Below are positions 45,692 through 51,539 of a stretch of 51,539 bases of DNA, in pieces. Below the pieces are notes generated by a model. That model saw only the letters and a list, made by a program, of their open reading frames with translations, searched no databases and was not told the origin of the DNA. The stretch is from Desulfobacteria bacterium (lineage in GTDB: Bacteria > Desulfobacterota > Desulfobacteria > Desulfobacterales > C00003060). The position numbers and the translations under genes are program-made. The stretch is from positions 1-51,539 of the forward strand of contig JAQYVR010000119.1 of NCBI GenBank assembly GCA_030145395.1, written 5' to 3'. Numbering within the stretch: the first letter of the stretch is position 1; the number at the start of each line of letters is the position of its first letter.

Positions 45692-46873
45692 ATGAGAGAC
45701 GCCGTGATTGTTGCCGCCTGCAGAACGGCAGTCGGGAGGGCTCCACGTGGAACCCTGACGCACACTCGCCCCGAGCAGATGGGATGCACTGTATTGGACG
45801 ATCTGCTGAGGAGGGCCTCGGATCTGGATCCTATGCTCATTGATGATGTCATCATTGGATGCAGTTTTCCGGAGGCTACGCAGGGGCTTAACCTGGGTCG
45901 GGTGTTAGTCATGTCTGCGGGTTGGCCTGATCGGATTCCAGGGATGACGGTAAACAGATTCTGTGCCTCCGGACTTCAGGCCATCGCCATCGGTGCTGAA
46001 AAAATCATGTGTGGATTCAGTGATGTGGTGATTGCCGGTGGAGTGGAAAGCATGAGCCAGATTCCCATGGGCGGCAACTTGATGTATCCTAATCCTGCCC
46101 TGGTGGATACCAGACCCGGGTCGTTCACGGGGATGGGGCTGACTGCCGAAAATGTTGCTGAGCGTTATAATATCACGCGGGAGCAACAGGATGAATTTGG
46201 AGCAAGAAGCCAGCAGAGGGCTGAGGCGGCCATCAATGCAGGTCGCTTCAAAAGTCAGATCGTTCCCTTGAAGGTTAAGAAACAAAAAGAATTGCCTAAC
46301 GGGCATTTTGAGTTTGAAGAAGAAGTCTTTGAAATAGATGAAGGCGTGCGACCGGGCACGACCGTAGAGAGCATCTCGCAGATTCGGCCGGCTTTCAAAC
46401 CCAACGGAACCGTTACTGCGGGCAATTCTTCACAGATGAGCGATGGCGCAGCAGGGGTTGTGTTAATGTCCAAAGACAAGGCCAAAGAACTGGGTCTGAA
46501 ACCGATGGCTACATTTCGATACTATGCTGTGGAGGGCTGCGAACCCGAACACATGGGTGTGGGTCCCACGGTCGCCATACCCAAGGTGCTGGCACTTGCC
46601 GGCATGACTCTTGACCAGATCGAATTGATTGAACTGAACGAGGCCTTTGCCGCCCAGGCCACCTATTGCATCCAGAAGCTCGGCATTAACGAAGAGATTA
46701 CCAACGTAAACGGCGGCGCCATTGCATTAGGACACCCTTTGGGTTGCACGGGCGCGAAGTTAACGACCCAACTCATTTATGAAATGCAAGAGAGAAAACT
46801 TCAATGGGGGTTGGTCTCCATGTGCATAGGCTTTGGGATGGGAGCGGCAGGTATATTTGAGATAGAAAACTGA
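45692..46873 (+). CDS. fadA: acetyl-CoA C-acyltransferase (3-ketoacyl-CoA thiolase)
   Basis: [17 protein letters not shown] start, active-site [10 protein letters not shown] and the C-terminal [16 protein letters not shown] are present. The start at 45692 has a GGAAGGA RBS; the ORF-track start at 45575 overlaps fadN. Confidence 0.93.
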   Translation: MRDAVIVAACRTAVGRAPRGTLTHTRPEQMGCTVLDDLLRRASDLDPMLIDDVIIGCSFPEATQGLNLGRVLVMSAGWPDRIPGMTVNRFCASGLQAIAIGAEKIMCGFSDVVIAGGVESMSQIPMGGNLMYPNPALVDTRPGSFTGMGLTAENVAERYNITREQQDEFGARSQQRAEAAINAGRFKSQIVPLKVKKQKELPNGHFEFEEEVFEIDEGVRPGTTVESISQIRPAFKPNGTVTAGNSSQMSDGAAGVVLMSKDKAKELGLKPMATFRYYAVEGCEPEHMGVGPTVAIPKVLALAGMTLDQIELIELNEAFAAQATYCIQKLGINEEITNVNGGAIALGHPLGCTGAKLTTQLIYEMQERKLQWGLVSMCIGFGMGAAGIFEIEN

Positions 46874-47006
46874 TGGTCTCGTAAAAACTAGTAAAGAACT
46901 ATGGCCTAACCGGGCTGAAGGCATCGAGTAATGGAGTGTTGGAGTTAGGTGAGCCTCTACACGCAGGTAGAGAAAAGGCGAAGAACAAATAACAAGGAGT
47001 AAGGCA

Positions 47007-48791
47007 ATGGCAGACAAGAAGATCTTTGCAGGTGGAGAGTTTCTTATTACCGACGCAAGTCCTGAACAGGTGTTCACTCCTGAAGATTTCAAGGAAGAAC
47101 ACAGAATGATCTATGAAACCACTAAGGATTTCGTAAACAGGGAGATTCTGCCAAACCAAGATAAGATTGAGGAAAAGGATAAGGACGTGGTGCTCGGTAT
47201 TTTGGCCAAGGCGGGCGAGTTGGGGCTCCTTGCCACGGACATACCCGAGCAGTATGGAGGACTGGGTCTAGACAAAGTAAGCACCACTGTTGTGACTGAA
47301 GCCACCGGAACGACCGGTTCCTTTACTGCAATCTATGGAGCCCATACAGGGATTGGAAGCCTGCCCATTGTATATTTTGGCAATGAGGATCAGAAGAAAA
47401 AGTATCTGCCGAAATTGGCGTCGGGAGAATGGTGCGGAGCCTACTGCCTCACGGAAGCGGATGCCGGCTCTGATGCCCTGAATGCAAAAACAAAGGCTGT
47501 TCTCTCGGAAGACGGCAAATACTATATCCTGAACGGGACGAAGATGTTCGTTACCAATGGCGGTTGGGCCAGCAGTTTCATTGTGTATGCCAAGGTAGAC
47601 GGTGAGCACTTCACCGGTTTTATCGTGGAACGAGATTTCCCTGGTGTATCTACGGGCGCTGAAGAGAAGAAAATGGGAATGGATGGCTCCTCCACGCGAC
47701 CGCTGATACTGGAAGATGCTGAGGTGCCCGTCGAGAATGTGCTCTTTGAAATCGGCAAAGGACACAAGATTGCCTTTAACGTTCTGAATTTAGGCCGCTG
47801 GAAACTCGGCGCTGCCACAGTGGGCGGATGTAAAGGCTGTGTTATAGAGGCTGTGAAGTACGCCAATAGTCGGATCCAGTTCAACGTGCCCATCAGTTCT
47901 TTTGGTATGATTAAGACCAAATTAGCCAATATGGCTATCCTCACCTTCATAAGCGAGAGCATGATGTATCGTCTGGCAGGGGTCTTTGACGACAAGTTAG
48001 CCACCCTGGATGAAGAGGCCAAGAAGAGCGGTGCCGAGAATGCAAAAGCGATCGGGGAGTATGCCGCCGAATGTTCCATTACCAAAGTCTATGGTTCAGA
48101 GAGCCTCGATTATTGTGTGGATGAGTATGTCCAGATCTTGGGAGGATACGGCTACTGTGCAGAGTATCCTGCCGAACGTTACTACCGGGACTCTAGGATC
48201 AACCGCATATGGGAGGGAACCAACGAGATCAATCGTTTGCTTGTTCCCGGCACTTTGATGCGAAGGGCCTTAAAAGGCCGCCTGGCCCTGTTCCCGGCTG
48301 CACAGGCGATCGCGGGAGAACTCATGAATTACTCACCCCTCTCTGTACAGCTCCCTGACACGGCACTTGCACTGCAGGAGCATATGGTAAAAATGAGCAA
48401 GAAGATTGGCCTTATGGTAGCTGGTGTGGCTGCCCAGAAATTTCAGCAGAAGCTGGTGCACGAACAGGAGGTCATGGCAGGGATTGCTGATATCGTGATC
48501 GAAGTCTTTGCCATGGAGAGCGGGCTTTTAAGAACCCTGAAAATGATTTCGAGGGATGGTGAAGAGAAAGCCAAATACCAAATTGCCGCAGTCAAGGCAT
48601 ACATAGATGAAGGTATACCGAAGATAGAGATGTGGGCTAAGCAGATACTGGCCTATATGGAAGAAGGGGATATGCTCCGGACCCAGTTGGCAGGTGTCAA
48701 GAAGCTGGCACGTTATCAACCCATTGACGCTGTGAGCCTGAAGAGGCAGATTGCGGACAGGATTATAGAGCTTGAATCATACCCCTTCTAG
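47007..48791 (+). CDS. fadE: long-form acyl-CoA dehydrogenase (FadE-type, 594 aa)
   Basis: It has the ACAD N-terminal, middle and C-terminal domains (CLTEADAGSDA, YRDSRINRIWEGTNEI) plus a ~150-aa C-terminal extension. Confidence 0.9.
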   Translation: MADKKIFAGGEFLITDASPEQVFTPEDFKEEHRMIYETTKDFVNREILPNQDKIEEKDKDVVLGILAKAGELGLLATDIPEQYGGLGLDKVSTTVVTEATGTTGSFTAIYGAHTGIGSLPIVYFGNEDQKKKYLPKLASGEWCGAYCLTEADAGSDALNAKTKAVLSEDGKYYILNGTKMFVTNGGWASSFIVYAKVDGEHFTGFIVERDFPGVSTGAEEKKMGMDGSSTRPLILEDAEVPVENVLFEIGKGHKIAFNVLNLGRWKLGAATVGGCKGCVIEAVKYANSRIQFNVPISSFGMIKTKLANMAILTFISESMMYRLAGVFDDKLATLDEEAKKSGAENAKAIGEYAAECSITKVYGSESLDYCVDEYVQILGGYGYCAEYPAERYYRDSRINRIWEGTNEINRLLVPGTLMRRALKGRLALFPAAQAIAGELMNYSPLSVQLPDTALALQEHMVKMSKKIGLMVAGVAAQKFQQKLVHEQEVMAGIADIVIEVFAMESGLLRTLKMISRDGEEKAKYQIAAVKAYIDEGIPKIEMWAKQILAYMEEGDMLRTQLAGVKKLARYQPIDAVSLKRQIADRIIELESYPF

Positions 48792-48932
48792 AACCCATCT
48801 CAAAAATGCGTCTAAGGCCCCATGGCGGCGTTGCGGGTCGGCTCAAAATGCTCACATACTACCGTGTATGCTGCGCTTTTTCGCCGCCCCGCGCCTTGCC
48901 CTGAACCCTGATTCACATCTTTGAGATGGGTT
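48792..48932 (+). repeat. structured intergenic element, family copy C1 (starts at the first nt after the fadE stop)
   Basis: A perfect 13-bp outer stem pairs AACCCATCTCAAA (48792-48804) with TTTGAGATGGGTT (48920-48932). The core reads CATGGCGGCGTTGCGGG...CCCCGCGCCTTGCCC. Confidence 0.8.
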
Positions 48933-48933
48933 A

Positions 48934-49252
48934 TAGTGTCGTGTCCCGGGAATAACTTTCATTAGTTATCGGCCGCCGAAAGCCTTTTCCGAGCGACATT
49001 GAGCATTTTCGGGCACGTAGTGCCTCTGTTCAAGCCGTCAGGCGCAACCTTTGCGCTATAAGACGTCAACTGAGTGCAGCGTTAAGAATCATAAGCTGTT
49101 TGAGGGCCTCAGGCCCGAGTTGTAGCGCTCCACTTCACTGCGTGCATGATTCAGTGAAACGAAGCTGACGTCCCGAAAATGCTCACGGAGCAAGGAAAAT
49201 GGCCTGATGGCGAAACCATATTTCTTGAACAAACTTCTGAGACACAACACTA
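48934..49252. repeat. ~320-bp long imperfect palindrome (MITE-like)
   Basis: The arm pairs are nested: TAGTGTCGTGTC (48934-45) with GACACAACACTA (49241-52); CCTTTTCCGAGCG.. with ..GGAGCAAGGAAAATGG; and TGAGCATTTTCGGGCACGT (49000-18) with ACGTCCCGAAAATGCTCA (49168-85). The AAAATGCTCAC motif also occurs inside copy C1. Confidence 0.75.
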
Positions 49253-49283
49253 GTTGAGAGGGTAAAGCTTAAGAACGATGGAA

Positions 49284-49329
49284 GGCTTTTTGTTGAGGCG
49301 TACACGTAGTGCGCCGCAGACGGAAAGCC
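49284..49329 (-). repeat. miniature copy of the structured-element family (reverse orientation)
   Basis: The minus strand reads GGCTTT-ccgt-CTGCGGCGC-actacgt-GTACGCCTC-aacaa-AAAGCC, i.e. box 1 and box 2 inside a 6-bp flanking inverted repeat. Confidence 0.55.
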
Positions 49330-49394
49330 GTGTAGAACGCCGCTCATCGAAAAAAGAGCCGTTTGTGGATCGGAACTAACAAAGGAGGCACATT

Positions 49395-51077
49395 ATGACC
49401 GCAGCGGAAAGACCCTGGCTTAAGTTTTACGAAGAAGGGGTTCCAGAGAGTGTGGAGTTCGAAGAGATATGCCTTCCTGATATCCTTGACAGGAGCGCCC
49501 AGATGTTTCCCGACAACATGGCCCTGCTATTTCAGGGATACCAGGTCACCTATGCGGAGCTTAAGGAGATGGTCGACCGCTTTGCCACTATCCTTGTTGG
49601 ATTCGGAATCAAGAAGGGAGACAGCGTGGCCATTCTACTTCCGAACCTCATCCCCTGTGTTGTGGCCTATTATGCCATCCTCAAGATTGGGGGGGTGGCG
49701 GTGATGAACAATCCGCTGTATTCGAATCGGGAACTGGGTCACCAGTTCACTGACTCAGAGGCAAAGCTCCTGGTGACCCTTGATCTTCTGGGAAACCGAA
49801 TGATAGATTTGCGACCTCAGACAAATATCAAAGAGATCATTTACACGTCCATCGGCGATTACCTCCCCTTTCCCAAGAGTCTCTTGTTTCCCCTCGTTGC
49901 CAAAAAGAAAAAGCTGGCCGCAGATGTGAAGTCAGCCCCGGATGTCTACAAATGGAAAAAGCTCTTAGCTGGTGCCCAACCCAACCCTCCCCAGGTGTCT
50001 CTCAAATTCGACGATGTGGCTATGTACCAGTATACCGGAGGGACGACCGGTGTTTCCAAGGGAGCAGTCCTGACCCAGGAAAACCTTGTGAAAAACGTTC
50101 AGCAGCTTGCTGCCTGGTTCCCGCGCTTTAAGAAGGGAGAAGAAATCATGCTGGGGGCCCTCCCCTTCTTCCATGTCTTCGGACTCACGACATCAATGAA
50201 TTTTGCCGTATACATGGGATGGGGAAATGTACTGGTCCCTAAACCCCAGCCCCAGCCGCTTTTGGAGGCGATCCGAAAATTCAAACCGAGCTTTGCTCCT
50301 CTCGTTCCTGCCATGTTTGTCGGCATTCTAAACCACCCGGACATCAAAAAGACCGATATGACCTGTTTGAAAGGATGTTTTTCCGGGAGTGCCCCTCTCC
50401 CCGTGGAGGTGATACGTGAGTTTGAAGAGATGACAGGAGCCGTGATCGTAGAAGGCTACGGACTCACAGAATCCTCCCCGGCAACTCACATCAATCCCTT
50501 TGAAGGCCGTCGAAAGGTGGGCAGCATTGGCATACCTCTCTCTGATACTTACTGTAAACTTGTGGACGTGAACGAAGCCGAAAAGGAGGTCCCCATAGGA
50601 GAGCGGGGAGAGATAGCAATCAGGGGGCCCCAGGTGATGCAAGGCTATCGGAACATGCCCGAAGAGACTGCCTTAACGATCAAAGACGGCTGGCTCCATA
50701 CCGGGGACATCGCTACCATGGACGAGGAGGGGTATTTCTACATTGTGGATCGGAAGAAAGACATGATCATCTGTGGGGGATGTAATGTCTATCCCCGTGA
50801 TATCGATGAGGTGTTTTATGAGCATCCAAAGGTGAAGGAAGCCTGTGCGATTGGGATCCCCCACCCCACCCGGGGGGAAGCCGTCAAATGCTGTGTGGTC
50901 TTGAAGGAAGGGGAAACAGCAACGGCCGAAGAGATGATTGAGTTTTGCAAAGGAAAACTCGCTGTTTACAAACTCCCCACAGAGGTGGAATTCCGCGCTG
51001 AGTTGCCCAAGACCAATGTGGGGAAGATATTAAGGAAGGCACTTCGGGCCGAAGACGAGGCAAAGAGAAAGACTTGA
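49395..51077 (+). CDS. fadD: long-chain fatty-acid--CoA ligase
   Basis: The AMP-binding motifs YTGGTTGVSKGA, GYGLTE and GWLHTGD and the C-terminal ..LPKTNVGKILRK are present. An AAAGGAGG RBS precedes the gene. Confidence 0.93.
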   Translation: MTAAERPWLKFYEEGVPESVEFEEICLPDILDRSAQMFPDNMALLFQGYQVTYAELKEMVDRFATILVGFGIKKGDSVAILLPNLIPCVVAYYAILKIGGVAVMNNPLYSNRELGHQFTDSEAKLLVTLDLLGNRMIDLRPQTNIKEIIYTSIGDYLPFPKSLLFPLVAKKKKLAADVKSAPDVYKWKKLLAGAQPNPPQVSLKFDDVAMYQYTGGTTGVSKGAVLTQENLVKNVQQLAAWFPRFKKGEEIMLGALPFFHVFGLTTSMNFAVYMGWGNVLVPKPQPQPLLEAIRKFKPSFAPLVPAMFVGILNHPDIKKTDMTCLKGCFSGSAPLPVEVIREFEEMTGAVIVEGYGLTESSPATHINPFEGRRKVGSIGIPLSDTYCKLVDVNEAEKEVPIGERGEIAIRGPQVMQGYRNMPEETALTIKDGWLHTGDIATMDEEGYFYIVDRKKDMIICGGCNVYPRDIDEVFYEHPKVKEACAIGIPHPTRGEAVKCCVVLKEGETATAEEMIEFCKGKLAVYKLPTEVEFRAELPKTNVGKILRKALRAEDEAKRKT

Positions 51078-51083
51078 CGGCTT

Positions 51084-51270
51084 CGTAAAAAGTCCATCTG
51101 CGGCGTTGCACTTCATCCCCGCCCTGTTAAATTCTCGCTGCGCGAGACGGCGGAGCCGATTTAACAGGGTGAATCGTTGCGACGTACCATAAGTACGCCT
51201 CGCTCCTCAAGGTTTGCGCGCCTTGCATCTGGAGCTTGCTACTGTGCCGTCTGTTTGCTGACTTTTTGCG
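51084..51270 (+). repeat. structured intergenic element, family copy E (starts 7 nt after the fadD stop)
   Basis: The outer stem pairs CGTAAAAAGTC (51084-94) with GACTTTTTGCG (51260-70). The core reads CATCTGCGGCGTTGCAC...[inner hairpin CCCTGTTAAAT..ATTTAACAGGG]...GTACGCCTCGCTCCTC...GCGCGCCTTGCATCTGG. Confidence 0.8.
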
Positions 51271-51391
51271 GGTCCATCTGACTTAGACGACTAACGAATA
51301 ATGTCGAATTGTGTGCCTGTACATAGGCTATAACTCACCATTTTCTATGGGAATTGTGGAAGCGGGCTTTTCGATTTTAGGAAGATTGTAC

Positions 51392-51420
51392 TTGACATTT
51401 AGGTGCTGATTCCCTATACG
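51392..51420 (+). promoter_or_regulatory. sigma-70-like promoter reading out of the window
   Basis: TTGACA (51392-97), a 17-nt spacer, then TATACG (51415-20). A 9-bp stem follows: GCAGCCCTC (51438-46) with GAGGGCTGC (51476-84). Confidence 0.4.
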
Positions 51421-51539
51421 CACTAGGCAAATTGCTTGCAGCCCTCTGGGCAAATGAGTATTTATAGGGCACCCTGAGGGCTGCCTGCGTGAAGGATACA
51501 ACTGGTAAACATCTGACCTTTTGGAACTGCAACCACAAC

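Overview
This 51.5-kb window of about 50% GC reads as chromosomal DNA from an anaerobic Gram-negative bacterium. The gene content suggests a Desulfobacterota/deltaproteobacterium-like organism, but that is inference only. All calls come from reading the translations and the DNA by eye; no BLAST, HMM or RNA-folding run was possible.

**Layout**
- 1-14.4 kb, mostly plus strand: a thioredoxin-fold gene end, a membrane-anchored sigma-54 activator, thiL and a HIT protein. These are followed by a CysM/CysK-type sulfhydrylase fused to a degenerate CysRS-like module with a translationally coupled unknown ORF.
- The same stretch continues with a 2x[4Fe-4S] ferredoxin, a small ORF, hbd, a 422-aa conserved protein, ogt, a TupABC-like tungstate transporter and a convergent ubiE/menG.
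- 14.7-35.4 kb, minus strand: a complete dcw cluster, preceded by mltG and followed by a B12-binding radical SAM gene. The gene order is mraZ-rsmH-ftsL-ftsI-murE-murF-mraY-murD-ftsW-murG-murC-murB-ftsQ-ftsA-ftsZ.
- 35.6-43.2 kb: a looser, accessory-looking stretch. It holds a Zn-ribbon PilZ protein, two small orphan genes, a VOC enzyme and a secreted protein. It also holds a Zn-ribbon/TM/TPR/poly-Glu/retropepsin protein with a small Cys-rich ORF, a chalcone-isomerase-like protein and an Isf-like flavoprotein.
- 43.2-51.1 kb: a fadN-fadA-fadE-type beta-oxidation operon plus fadD.

No rRNA, tRNA, CRISPR array, transposase or integrase was recognised.

**Most notable observations**
1. The CysM-CysRS-like fusion lacks HIGH, KMSKS and two of the four zinc ligands.
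2. A dispersed family of at least six structured intergenic elements shares conserved boxes (CTGCGGCGT / GTACGCCTC / GCGCCTTGC) inside copy-specific inverted-repeat stems.
3. Arrays with 7-nt periodicity sit in unusually long dcw intercistronic spacers, several starting at or overlapping the stop codon of the upstream gene.
4. There is an unusual retropepsin-domain membrane protein module.
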